Below are positions 8,014-17,510 of a DNA stretch of 34,543 nucleotides, one piece after another. Both the position numbers and the translations under genes were made by a program. Each line of letters begins with the position of its first letter. The stretch's first letter is position 1. This DNA is from a bacterium (lineage in GTDB: Bacteria; Patescibacteriota; Minisyncoccia; Minisyncoccales; CG1-02-41-26). The stretch is from contig JAUVXX010000001.1 in assembly GCA_030603395.1 (NCBI GenBank), forward strand, positions 170,921-205,463, given 5' to 3'. The notes under the pieces are model-generated. The model was not told where the DNA came from and did no database searches. It was given only the letters and a program-made list of their open reading frames with translations.

Positions 8014-8826
8014 ATGGAACTAAGAATACTAAAAATCAGTCGTCTCTTACCAATCGTCTTAATATTATCTTTTTTAGCAGCCTATTTTCTTCCCGGCGGG
8101 GGAAAGAGCGAAATGATTGAAACCACTCTGGGAGTGGTGGGCTTATTGTTTGCTATCCTGGTGGGCTTTTTTGTTACTGATCTTTGGACAAGATTCCAGA
8201 AGATAAGAGAAAATGTTGCGGTAGAGGTAAGCGGTCTGCAAACTCATTATTTATTTGTTAAAATTATGAATCGTTTTCCCGGCCATCAAGAATGGGTTAG
8301 AAAACAACGAGAGCTCATTGATGAGTATGTCAGGAAATTTTTTGAGGTTGAATGGAGTGACTACGGCAAAGTAGACCCTTATTTCAACAAAATCATAGAA
8401 TCTTTAAAGGATGTTGGAGAACTGAAAACAAATAATGAAACAGAAACCTACACCAATATGCTTCCTCTATTAAATGAAGTGACCACCTCCAGAGAAAAAT
8501 TATTTATGTATGGAAAAGACAAATTATCCAAAGCAGAATGGACAGTAATCGGTTCTTTGGCTGGCATACTTTTGTTCTCAATATTTTATCTGAATACCGG
8601 CCATTTATCTTCCGTACTTTTAACTGGAGCTTTAACTTCATCAGTAATAATATTGTTGTTAATCCTGCGTGACCTGAACAACTTAAGCTTCGGCGAAGAA
8701 ATGATTTCCTTTGAACCCTATGAGACAATTTTTGATGTTCTGGAGAAACCAAGATTTTATCTGAAAAGAGACATAGCAAGCGGCAGAGTCAATCCTCCCA
8801 AAGATAAAGAATACAGAACCGATTAA
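8014..8826 (+). CDS. DUF4239/bestrophin-like membrane protein
   Basis: G..FAILVGFF....W..F......V..E pattern, a soluble helical middle region, two C-terminal TMs and a DL...F motif. Confidence 0.6.
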   Translation: MELRILKISRLLPIVLILSFLAAYFLPGGGKSEMIETTLGVVGLLFAILVGFFVTDLWTRFQKIRENVAVEVSGLQTHYLFVKIMNRFPGHQEWVRKQRELIDEYVRKFFEVEWSDYGKVDPYFNKIIESLKDVGELKTNNETETYTNMLPLLNEVTTSREKLFMYGKDKLSKAEWTVIGSLAGILLFSIFYLNTGHLSSVLLTGALTSSVIILLLILRDLNNLSFGEEMISFEPYETIFDVLEKPRFYLKRDIASGRVNPPKDKEYRTD

Positions 8827-8852
8827 AGATTTTTTATCGCTAAAATAAAATT

Positions 8853-10391
8853 ATGATATTTGGTCTTTTTCTTATTTTATCTATTTCAATTGTTGGCTAC
8901 AGTTTGGCTATTTTGGCGAGAAAGAAAGGCACAGGTACTGAAAATACCAAGATATTTATTGTCTTGATTTGTTCCATGGTTACCTGGGTAGTGATAACTT
9001 TACTTGAAGACCCAGCCATCTTAAAAGAAGGAGCGATTAAATCTCTGGTTAAGATAGATTATGTCATCGCTCCCTTAATGAGTTATTTCTTCCTCCTTTT
9101 TTGTCTAAGTTTTCCAGAAAAAATTACCGGTCGCGCTTCTTTAAAGAAAGCTCTGCTTTTCTTGCCAACCTCATTCTTTATCCTGCTTCCTTCCTTAGGG
9201 CTGGTGGTAGGGGAGGTTGTCGTCTCTGACAGGGTGGTCAATATCTCAGCCGGCAAGTTTTACTGGTGGTATACTGCTTATCATTTTGTTTACGCTGGTT
9301 TAGCTTTTCTTTATCTGATTCTCAAATACAGAATTCTTAAGGGTTTTCAGAAAACCCAGCTTTTATATGTCATCATCGGAATTTTCCTGACCACCATCTT
9401 TTTTATCAGCACTAATTTATTGGTGCCCCTTATCCCGCGGGTTGCTTACTTTTCCAAGGTGGGTTTGTATGGTATTTTCTTTTTCTTGGGCTTCACCACC
9501 TATGCTATTTTGCGCTATCGTCTGATGGATATCAGAGTAGTTATCCGGCGAGGAACAGTAGAGTTATTTACCATCCTAACCTTAGTTTTTTTATATGCTT
9601 TTCTTCTCTTTCTTATCTCTCCTGTTGCTCAGAAAGCAGCCTTGATTGCTGTAGGAACAAGTTTTTTTATCGTCGCCCTTTCCATTTTTCGTCCCTTAAG
9701 AACGTTTTATGAAAAAATAACTAATCAATACTTCTTCAGCGAACTTTATCAGTCAGAAAAAATTCTAAAAGGTATTGCCAAGAAGCTAACCACCATCATT
9801 GAATCTGAGAGATTGTTAGTCCTGATTGCCGACACCATTTTTGAAGCTTTAAAGCCGGGAAAAATTGGCATCCTCATTTTCAACCCTGAAAGGGGAATTT
9901 TTGAACTTAAAAAATCAATAAATTTCAAAAAGGAAAACATTCCTCTTTTAACCAAAGAAGATGTTTTTATTAATTATCTTTTTACCTCAAAAGAGCCGCT
10001 GGTTCTTTCGGAAATTAAACTTCAGACGATGAAAGAGAAGGACGAGAAGAGAAAAGATAATCTGAAAAAAGTGGCAAAAGAGATGGAAAGAATGGAAGTT
10101 GCCTTAGCCCTTCCCTTAATTGTCAGAGATATTCTTTCTGGTGTTATTCTTTTGTCAAAAAAAATGTCAGAGGAACCCTATTCCAAAGAAGACATTTCTC
10201 TGTTGAGCTCCTTGAGCAGTCAGGCCTCAATTGCCATTGCCAATGCTCAACTCTATGATGAAACCAAGGAGAAGAGAGATGTCTTGGAAAAATTCTACAA
10301 AGTGACCGTGGGAAGAGAATTAAAAATGGCCGAACTAAAAAAAGAGATAGAACGGCTCCGAGCCGAAGAGAAAGAAGAGACATCCGATTAA
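8853..10391 (+). CDS. Multi-TM (HisKA_7TM-like) + GAF sensor protein ending in a short coiled coil; no kinase domain
   Basis: About 9 hydrophobic segments, YAILRYRLMDI, GAF-type LALPL....L.GVILL..K....YS.ED..LL..L..Q.SIAI.NA.LY, and tail VGRELKMAELKKEI. Confidence 0.8.
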   Translation: MIFGLFLILSISIVGYSLAILARKKGTGTENTKIFIVLICSMVTWVVITLLEDPAILKEGAIKSLVKIDYVIAPLMSYFFLLFCLSFPEKITGRASLKKALLFLPTSFFILLPSLGLVVGEVVVSDRVVNISAGKFYWWYTAYHFVYAGLAFLYLILKYRILKGFQKTQLLYVIIGIFLTTIFFISTNLLVPLIPRVAYFSKVGLYGIFFFLGFTTYAILRYRLMDIRVVIRRGTVELFTILTLVFLYAFLLFLISPVAQKAALIAVGTSFFIVALSIFRPLRTFYEKITNQYFFSELYQSEKILKGIAKKLTTIIESERLLVLIADTIFEALKPGKIGILIFNPERGIFELKKSINFKKENIPLLTKEDVFINYLFTSKEPLVLSEIKLQTMKEKDEKRKDNLKKVAKEMERMEVALALPLIVRDILSGVILLSKKMSEEPYSKEDISLLSSLSSQASIAIANAQLYDETKEKRDVLEKFYKVTVGRELKMAELKKEIERLRAEEKEETSD

Positions 10392-10461
10392 AGAGCTTGA
10401 TTTATTAAAAGTTGCTGGTAAAGTATAAATAGAATATTTTCAATTAGATAAGGAGTGAACA

Positions 10462-10617
10462 ATGTTAGCACTGCTCAAGGATTTAAGGGGAATTTTAGAA
10501 GTTTTAAGGGATTCAATAAGAATGCGATTCTCTGGTTATCATTTTTCTCCTCCTTATCCAGGGCTAATGCGTTCCAAGGAGGGAAAAAAGAAGCGAGAAA
10601 AAGCAGGGAAGAAATAG
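10462..10617 (+). CDS. Small basic orphan protein, 51 aa (missed by the ORF track)
   Basis: SD AAGGAG 6 nt before the ATG, upstream TTGATT-16-TAAAGT, and a terminator just after the TAG. Confidence 0.55.
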   Translation: MLALLKDLRGILEVLRDSIRMRFSGYHFSPPYPGLMRSKEGKKKREKAGKK

Positions 10618-10624
10618 AGAAACA

Positions 10625-10656
10625 GGGAGTCGAGTGTTTATGCCTCGACTCCTTTT
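10625..10656 (+). terminator. Intrinsic terminator
   Basis: GGAGTCGAG-9nt-CTCGACTCC followed by TTTT, between convergent genes. Confidence 0.75.
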
Positions 10657-10681
10657 ACATTGCAATTCTTTTGACAGCTAA

Positions 10682-11701
10682 CTAATTTGGTAGCCAACTA
10701 ATTAAATTATCTTTTATTTTAAATTTTCCATCAAGAAATTTTTCAATTACCCAGATATTAGTTTTACAGTGATTGGTCACTTCTGAAACACTGACCTGGG
10801 ACTTTTCCGGACACAGAGCCATAAAAGGTAAAATTTGGTCGGCTGAATGTTTGTCAAGCGAAGCTCCTGATTTTGCTTGTTCCAAGAAATTTTGAGCTGC
10901 CTTTTTACCAACTTCTTCGGCTGATTTGCCAAGTTTCCCCAAGCTGTCTGCTCCGATAATGGTATTGGTAAATTCTCCGATGATATTGAGCTGGCTTCCC
11001 GGAGATTGGCTCTGGTAATACTCTATTTCTTCTTCAATGGGCAGTTTCAATTTCCCTAAAATTTCTTTAACTCCAGCCACTTGGCGTTCAGCTACTTTTT
11101 TTTCTTTCAAAAATTCTGAAGCCCCGGAGATTATGGTAACTTTTTTGATGGCACCCTGCTCGGTTAAAGAAATTGGTTTTAAGGTAGCAGGAAAAATTAG
11201 AACTTCAACCTCAGCTCCACCTTCAGGGTAAAAACCTCTTTTGATAACGTTGGTTTCTATTGGTGGTCCCATTTTTTCTAAAATTTTCAAAAAGACATAT
11301 CTGAAATAGTCAATGGTTGGAGAAAAGAAAGTGTCGGTTGCCCCACCTTTGAAAGAGATTTTAACTTGGCCTGGAGCTTGCAAACAAGGCAAAATTAGAG
11401 TTTGCAAAACCAAGGTAATACTGCCAGCTGTTTCAATTTTAACTTGGATGTCTTTTGATTGAATTTCTTCAGGGTAAAACCAAATCTCCTCTGACCCCAA
11501 TTCATCACCTTCTAACCTCCCCTGACAAAGCTCGCTTAAGGCTCGGAGGCCGAGAAGGTGCTGTCGCATCAAGCCAGATTTTTCTCTACCCTTTCTGATG
11601 TCAAAAACATGGCAGGGTTGGCGAGTGACTGCCGACAGGGCCGCTGCCGTTCTTAAAATCTGTCCACCCCCTTCAAATTTTGAACCGTCAACTTCAATCA
11701 T
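10682..11701 (-). CDS. rtcA: RNA 3'-terminal phosphate cyclase
   Basis: DGS..EGGGQILR, QHL, TAGSITLVLQ, RGFYPEGG motifs and catalytic D.H.ADQ. Confidence 0.95.
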   Translation of the reverse strand: MIEVDGSKFEGGGQILRTAAALSAVTRQPCHVFDIRKGREKSGLMRQHLLGLRALSELCQGRLEGDELGSEEIWFYPEEIQSKDIQVKIETAGSITLVLQTLILPCLQAPGQVKISFKGGATDTFFSPTIDYFRYVFLKILEKMGPPIETNVIKRGFYPEGGAEVEVLIFPATLKPISLTEQGAIKKVTIISGASEFLKEKKVAERQVAGVKEILGKLKLPIEEEIEYYQSQSPGSQLNIIGEFTNTIIGADSLGKLGKSAEEVGKKAAQNFLEQAKSGASLDKHSADQILPFMALCPEKSQVSVSEVTNHCKTNIWVIEKFLDGKFKIKDNLISWLPN

Positions 11702-11707
11702 TGTTTT

Positions 11708-11757
11708 ATCTTAGCGAGTTTCTACGGGGTTGACAAGGAAATTAAAAGGGTTAAGAT
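11708..11757. promoter_or_regulatory. Divergent promoters with overlapping -35 boxes (rtcA / gre-like gene)
   Basis: Minus strand: TTGTCA(11736-31)-17-TAAGAT(11713-08). Plus strand: TTGACA(11730-35)-16-TAAGAT(11752-57). Confidence 0.6.
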
Positions 11758-11777
11758 GAGATGTAATATAATACAAT

Positions 11778-12248
11778 ATGATAGCAGAAACCCCAAAATA
11801 CTATTTAACCAAAGAGGGATCGAGAGGATTAGAAAGGGAGTACGTGGAGTTATTAAAAATGAGAAAACTAAAGTCAAAAGGTGATACTCCTTCGGTTTTT
11901 CACTCCGAAGAATTAAGCGCTGAGTTCGTCGCTTTCCGAGAAGACCTTGACCTTCTGGAATCAAGAATTGAGGAACTGGAGCACATTTTGAAAAACGTTG
12001 AACTCATCAAGTCTCCTTCTCAAACAGAAAGGGACAAGATTTACCTGGGCGCCCAGATAAAGGTTGAGGTGGATGGGCAAACTGACGAATTCGTTCTGGT
12101 GGGAACTTTAGAGGCTAACCCTGTCATTGGTAAAATTTCCAATGAATCTCCGGTAGGGCGAGCCCTCCTGAATCACCGGGTGGGCGATGAAATAACCATA
12201 AGTTCTCCCATAAAAGTAACCTATAAAATAAAATCAATAAAGTACTAA
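11778..12248 (+). CDS. GreA/GreB family transcription elongation factor, divergent tip
   Basis: YLT.EG...L..E...L, RI.ELE..L and EA.P..GKISNESPVGRALL....GD motifs. Confidence 0.85.
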   Translation: MIAETPKYYLTKEGSRGLEREYVELLKMRKLKSKGDTPSVFHSEELSAEFVAFREDLDLLESRIEELEHILKNVELIKSPSQTERDKIYLGAQIKVEVDGQTDEFVLVGTLEANPVIGKISNESPVGRALLNHRVGDEITISSPIKVTYKIKSIKY

Positions 12249-12262
12249 AATTAACTTAATTT

Positions 12263-12284
12263 GAGGGGCTGCGGCTCCCTTTTT
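12263..12284 (+). terminator. Possible intrinsic terminator
   Basis: GGGGC-TGCG-GCTCC hairpin followed by a T-run. Confidence 0.5.
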
Positions 12285-12289
12285 ATTTT

Positions 12290-13597
12290 ATGGAAAAAAT
12301 TCTTGATTTTTTTATTAATATCCAAATATTAAAAAAGAAGAAAAGAAAAGGTTGGCTGGTTCACCGGATAAAAGATTCAGAAAGTACAGCCAGTCATATT
12401 TTTAGAATGACCATAATGAGCTGGATTTTGGGAAGAAAAAAGGGATTGAACATTGAAAAAATTCTCAAAATGTCTTTAATTCATGACCTCTGTGAAGTAT
12501 TTACCTTTGATGAAACTCCTTATGACCCCTTGCTGTCTAAAAAAGATGGTTCACCTCAGGATCAGAAGAGAATAACCGAGATTCTCAAGAAATGGCCTAA
12601 ATTTACTCTTGAGCAAAAGGGAGAGAAAGTTCGCCGAAAATTTGAACGAGAACACCAGGCCTGTAAAAAACTTCTCGCTGACTTACCGACTGATAAAAGG
12701 AAAAAGATAGAAAATCTTTGGCTTGATTTTGAAAAAGGAAAGTCAAGGGAAGCCAGATTTGCCAAGCAAGTAGATAGAGCCGAAAATTTTTTGCAGGGAA
12801 TGGAATATTGGGCAAAATACGGGAGAATCCAGAGAGACCTCTGGGTAAGATGGGCCAGAGAGATTTTTGACGATCCAGTGTTGATAGAATTTGAGAAAGC
12901 GATAGAGAAGAGATTCTGCGAAAAGAGCAAAACCGAACCAAAAGAGAAGATGGATAAAATCTTAGATTTTTTTATCCAAATTGGAAAGCTAAAAACAATT
13001 TCAAGAAAAGGGCCGGTATTAATAGGGGTTAAAAATCCTGAAACCGTTGCTGAACATGCTTTTCGAGTGGCGATAATGGCTTGGATTTTAGGAGAAGAAA
13101 AGAAGGTTAATTTTAACATAGAGAGAATTCTTAAAGTGGCTCTAACTCATGATATCTGCGAGGTATATGTGGGAGACATAACTCCCTATGATGGAATTCT
13201 TCCCAAAGCTAAAAAAGATTGGCCAGAATTATTTGATAGATGGCCCAGATTTTCTAAAGAAGAAAAGAGAAAAAAGGCCATTGGGAAACAAAAGAGAGAA
13301 AAAGAATCCTCGAGAAAACTTACGGCAAACTTACCCCGAGATTTAAGGGACGAGATAGGAGGTTTATGGCTTGATTATGGGCGGGGCTCCACCAGGGAAG
13401 CACGGTTTGTTAAACAAGTTAATAGGATGGAAACTCTCTTACAGGCTCTTGAATATGGGAAAGAGAATAAATGTCGTCCTTTTAAATCTTGGTGGATTGG
13501 GTCAAAAGAACAAGTGGATGATTCTCTTTTAGTTAAATTTATGGAGGAGTTAGTTAAGAAATTTTACAAGAGAAAGGAACTTTTTAATTGCCAGTAA
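12290..13597 (+). CDS. Tandem double HD-domain protein (YfbR/HDDC2-like 5'-nucleotidase fold x2)
   Basis: Two homologous halves, each with LK...R.G, E..A.H.FR, HD..E...D.TPYD and REARF.KQV motifs. Confidence 0.85.
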   Translation: MEKILDFFINIQILKKKKRKGWLVHRIKDSESTASHIFRMTIMSWILGRKKGLNIEKILKMSLIHDLCEVFTFDETPYDPLLSKKDGSPQDQKRITEILKKWPKFTLEQKGEKVRRKFEREHQACKKLLADLPTDKRKKIENLWLDFEKGKSREARFAKQVDRAENFLQGMEYWAKYGRIQRDLWVRWAREIFDDPVLIEFEKAIEKRFCEKSKTEPKEKMDKILDFFIQIGKLKTISRKGPVLIGVKNPETVAEHAFRVAIMAWILGEEKKVNFNIERILKVALTHDICEVYVGDITPYDGILPKAKKDWPELFDRWPRFSKEEKRKKAIGKQKREKESSRKLTANLPRDLRDEIGGLWLDYGRGSTREARFVKQVNRMETLLQALEYGKENKCRPFKSWWIGSKEQVDDSLLVKFMEELVKKFYKRKELFNCQ

Positions 13598-13614
13598 ACT
13601 TTTTATCATCTATC

Positions 13615-13638
13615 TCGGCCAGCCACGGCCGATTTTTT
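13615..13638 (+). terminator. Intrinsic terminator
   Basis: TCGGCC-AGCCAC-GGCCGA followed by TTTTTT. Confidence 0.75.
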
Positions 13639-13705
13639 ATTTACTCTAAATGCCAAGCAACTTTTGAAATTTCTGGGAGATTAGTATAATAGAATAAACC
13701 GTAAA

Positions 13706-14734
13706 ATGAAGAAGATTTTAAAATTTGTCATTGCCTTATCAATTGGTTCGGTCATTTTCGGCTTTGTTATGAAAAGGGCTGGTTGGGACAGGTTAAGTGA
13801 GGCCTTTCTTTTGTTTTTAAGCGTCAAGGGAGTCATAATTATCCTGCTAACTTTTACCATAGCCGCCATCAGTGTCTTAAGATGGAAACTAATCTTGCGA
13901 GCTCAGGGTTTGGATGCCAGGGTCAAAGATTTGGGGAAGTTATGGTCGGTAGGGTTTGCTTTAAGCTACCTTACCCCGGTAACTCTTCTTGGGGGAGAGG
14001 CCTTCCGAATATATCTAACCAAGAAGAAACTCAACTTCAGCTGGGAGAAAAGCGCCGCCTCGGTCATCATTGACAAAATTTTGGACGGCACTTTATTTTT
14101 GATGTTTCTGATAGCTGGCATTTTGGCCTTTGTTTTTTATGGCTATTTCCCTTCGGCCATGATGGCTTGGCTGGTGGCTTTGGTAATTTTGGGATTGTTG
14201 GGGCTCCTGTTACTTTTCTATTTTAAGGCGATGAACAGAGAAAGTGTTTTAGAATGGTTTTTGAAAGTTTTTGGAATTAAAAAAGAGAAAATTGAAAATA
14301 CTAAAAATGGCAAAATAATATTTGATACTGAAAAAGAAGTTATCCGTTTTTTCTCACCTAAAAGGAAGGATTTCTGGAAGGGGCTTGGTTTAAGTTTTTT
14401 AAGATACTTTCTGCTCTTTTTAAGGGCAGGTATCTTAATTTTCTTTTTGAAAGAAGGAATTGAGATTTTCAAGGTTTTGGCTATCTATGGTTTTGCCAAC
14501 TTGGGTTTACTTTTCCCTTTGCCAGCAGGCCTGGGGAGTCTGGAAGCTGCTTCAGCTTTCAGTTTTGGAAATTTGGGTTTGGGCTTTGCCACTGGAACAA
14601 TTTTCGGCATGGTTTGGCGGGGGGCCGATTTGTTTTTGTGTCTGATAGGAGCCATCTTTTTGGTCAAATTCGGGGCGGAGCTTGCTGAAGTTAAAATCTT
14701 AGGATTTATTGACAATTTAAAGAAACTAAAATGA
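13706..14734 (+). CDS. Lysylphosphatidylglycerol synthase TM-region / flippase-like protein (UPF0104)
   Basis: RW..IL, TP....GGE..R.Y, DK..D and P.GLG..E motifs; multi-TM. Confidence 0.85.
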   Translation: MKKILKFVIALSIGSVIFGFVMKRAGWDRLSEAFLLFLSVKGVIIILLTFTIAAISVLRWKLILRAQGLDARVKDLGKLWSVGFALSYLTPVTLLGGEAFRIYLTKKKLNFSWEKSAASVIIDKILDGTLFLMFLIAGILAFVFYGYFPSAMMAWLVALVILGLLGLLLLFYFKAMNRESVLEWFLKVFGIKKEKIENTKNGKIIFDTEKEVIRFFSPKRKDFWKGLGLSFLRYFLLFLRAGILIFFLKEGIEIFKVLAIYGFANLGLLFPLPAGLGSLEAASAFSFGNLGLGFATGTIFGMVWRGADLFLCLIGAIFLVKFGAELAEVKILGFIDNLKKLK

Positions 14735-15135
14735 AATTTCAAATTCAAACCAAGGGTTTTAATGATATAATTAACATAACTGATAGGGTTTCTAAGATGG
14801 TCGGTGAATCAAAAGTAAAAGAAGGGATTTGCTTGCTCTCTTCCCCGGGTTCAACTTGCGGCCTAACCACCATTGAGTATGAAGCGGGAGCGATTGAAGA
14901 TTTAAAAAGAGCCCTGGAAAGAATTGCCCCGATGAATGATGATTATAAGCATTGTCAGAAGTGGGGCGATTGCAATGGTTACGCCCATGTTAGGTCAGCT
15001 CTGCTTAAACCATTTTTGACCGTGCCCGTTGAAAATGGAAAATTAGTTTTGGGCACCTGGCAGCAAATTGTTTTCTTGGATTTCGACAATCGTTCAAGAG
15101 AAAGAGAAATTAATGTTAAAATAATAGGAAAATGA
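14731..15135 (+). CDS. yjbQ: YjbQ/UPF0047 family protein
   Basis: NG.AH.RS and L.LGTWQ.I...DFD...R.R motifs. Confidence 0.9.
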   Translation: MKFQIQTKGFNDIINITDRVSKMVGESKVKEGICLLSSPGSTCGLTTIEYEAGAIEDLKRALERIAPMNDDYKHCQKWGDCNGYAHVRSALLKPFLTVPVENGKLVLGTWQQIVFLDFDNRSREREINVKIIGK

Positions 15136-15776
15136 AAATTAGTTTAACCCCAAATAAAGTTATAAAATTTTTAATCTTAAGCGATCTTGTCTTCTGGACT
15201 GGTTGGGGTCTTATTAATCCAATTTTCGCCATCTTTGTTATAGATAAAATTGTTGGAGGTAGTATTTTTGTGGTAGGGATAGCTTCAGCTGTTTACTGGA
15301 TTACCAAATCATTATTTAGGATTCCTATTGGAGTATTTTTAGATACTTGTCCTTCAGAAAAAGATGATTATTTTGCCTTAGTGGCCGGACTTTTTATTAC
15401 TGCTTTAATCCCCTTTGGATATATTTTTGCTAAAATTCCATTGCACATTTATATTCTTCAGGGAATTCATGGGTTTGCTTTGGCAATGTCTCTCTCTGGC
15501 TGGACTGCTATTTTTACCCGTCACATTGATAAGGGAAGAGAATCCACCGAGTGGGGCTTAAATGCTACTTCAGTCGGTTTGGGTACTGCAGTTGCTGCAG
15601 CAGTTGGTGGTTGGGCAGTAACCCAATACGGCTTCACCCCGGTTTTTATGGTGGTAGGAATTTTAGGATTAATTGGGGTGGCATTACTTTTTGGATTGAG
15701 AAATCAGATAAGGGGGGTTTTTGACCACGGCTTACATTTCTCTCTCAAAGATGTTTTTAACGGAGAGAAAAAATGA
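15132..15776 (+). CDS. Half-size (6-TM) MFS-like transporter
   Basis: Six hydrophobic segments, P.FAIF and MFS motif-A-like G..LD. Confidence 0.7.
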   Translation: MKISLTPNKVIKFLILSDLVFWTGWGLINPIFAIFVIDKIVGGSIFVVGIASAVYWITKSLFRIPIGVFLDTCPSEKDDYFALVAGLFITALIPFGYIFAKIPLHIYILQGIHGFALAMSLSGWTAIFTRHIDKGRESTEWGLNATSVGLGTAVAAAVGGWAVTQYGFTPVFMVVGILGLIGVALLFGLRNQIRGVFDHGLHFSLKDVFNGEKK

Positions 15777-17508
15777 AAAACCAAGAATTAGCCAACATTT
15801 TTTATGAGATCGCTGATTTTTTGGAAATGGAAGAGGTGGCTTTCAAGCCTCAGGCTTACAGAAAAGCAGCTCTGGCTCTGGAAACCCTGGGTGAAGATAT
15901 TGAGGAAATCTACCAGAGAGGTGGTCAGAAGGCAGTGGAGGAGATTCCAAGTATTGGTAAAAATATTGCTGAAAAAATTATTGAATATTTAAAAACAGGG
16001 AAAATAAAATACTACGGAGATTATAAAAAGAAATATCCGGTAAATATGGCTGAACTCACGGCGGTTGAGGGATTGGGTCCCAAGATGGTAAGAGATTTAT
16101 ATGCAAAGCTGAAGATTAAAAATTTAAAGGATTTGGAAAAAGCCGCCCGAGCCGGCAAAATTAGAGATCTCTTCAATTTTGGCGAAACTACCGAGAAAAA
16201 TATTTTACAGAGCATCAAGTTTCTAAAAAGGAGTAAAGGCAGATTTCTTTTGGGAGATATTTTGCCTCGCGTTCGAGAAATTGAAGACAATTTAAAAAGT
16301 TTAAAAGAGGTTGAAGAAGTTAGCGTCTGCGGGTCGGTCAGGAGAAGGAAAGAAACAATCGGCGATGTTGATTTCCTGGCGGTAACAAAAAGTCCAGACA
16401 AAGTGATGGACTTTTTTTGTTCTTTGCCCGGCATTGTTAAGGTTTGGGGCAAAGGTCGGACTAAGTCCTCCGTAAGATTGACAGAGGGCCTTGGTATGGA
16501 TTTGCGAGTTGTTCCCAGAAAATCTTACGGCTCGGCCTTGCAGTATTTTACCGGCTCAAAAGAGCATAATATCCAAACCAGAAAAATTGCTCAGGCGAAG
16601 GGATTGAAGCTTAACGAATACGGAGTTTTTAGAGGAAAAAAGCAGGTGGCTGGCAAAACCGAGCAGGAAGTCTACAAAATTCTGGGCATGGAATGTCCTC
16701 CTCCGGAAATAAGAGAGAACAGAGGAGAGATTGAAGCAGCTCTTCGACAAGCCCAGAGTAAGCCCAATGGATTACCTAGATTGGTTGAACTAAAAGACAT
16801 CAGGGGTGATTTACATTGCCATTCCAAATGGGATGGAGGGGCGAACTCAATTTCGGAGATGGCCAAAACAGCGATGAAAATGGGATATCAGTACTTAGGG
16901 ATTACCGATCACACAAAATTTTTAAAAATAGAGCATGGCTTGGACGAAAAACAATTGGCTCAACAAGGTAAAGAAATAGACAGGCTTAATTTTCAATTTT
17001 CAATTTTCAATTTTCAAATCCTTCAAGGATGCGAGGCGAATATTTTGAACAATGGCTCTATTGACATCAAAGATGAGGCCTTGAAGAAATTGGATTATGC
17101 CATAGCAGGCGTTCATTCAAACATGAAAATGACTAAAGAGAAAATGACCGAAAGGATTATCAGAGCCATGAAAAATCCCTATATCAAGATTATCTCCCAC
17201 CCCACTGGCAGAATTTTGAAAAGAAGGGACGAATACCAAATTGACATTGATAAAGTTTTAAGAGCCGCCCGAGAAACAAAAACCATTTTAGAAATAACTC
17301 TATTCCTGAAAGATTGGACTTAAATGATATTAACATCAAAAAAGCCATTGAGATGGGAATAAAATTAATCATCAACACCGACTCCCACCACCAGGACCAA
17401 TTAAGATTTATGGAATTTGGTATCGCCCAAGCGAGAAGGGGTTGGGCTGAGAAAAAAGACATCATCAACACCCAATCCTTAGAAAAATTGCTAAAATTCT
17501 TCAAATAA
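15773..17508 (+). CDS. polX: DNA polymerase X / PHP domain protein, interrupted by a 1-nt frameshift near 17296
   Basis: AYRKAA, GSVRRRKETIGDVD, YFTGSK.HN, DLHCHS and TDH motifs. The C-terminal N..PERLDL...TDSH..ARRG lies in another frame ending at 17508. Confidence 0.9.
16988..17017 (+). repeat. Heptamer tandem repeat (AATTTTC)x4 within polX
   Basis: Perfect repeat; encodes NFQFSIFNFQ. Confidence 0.9.
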
Positions 17509-17510
17509 AA

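Noticed and set aside
10455-10685. ORF-track 76-aa GTG ORF
   Set aside because: Its start overlaps the SD and it crosses the terminator. The frame 10462-10617 fits the expression signals better.
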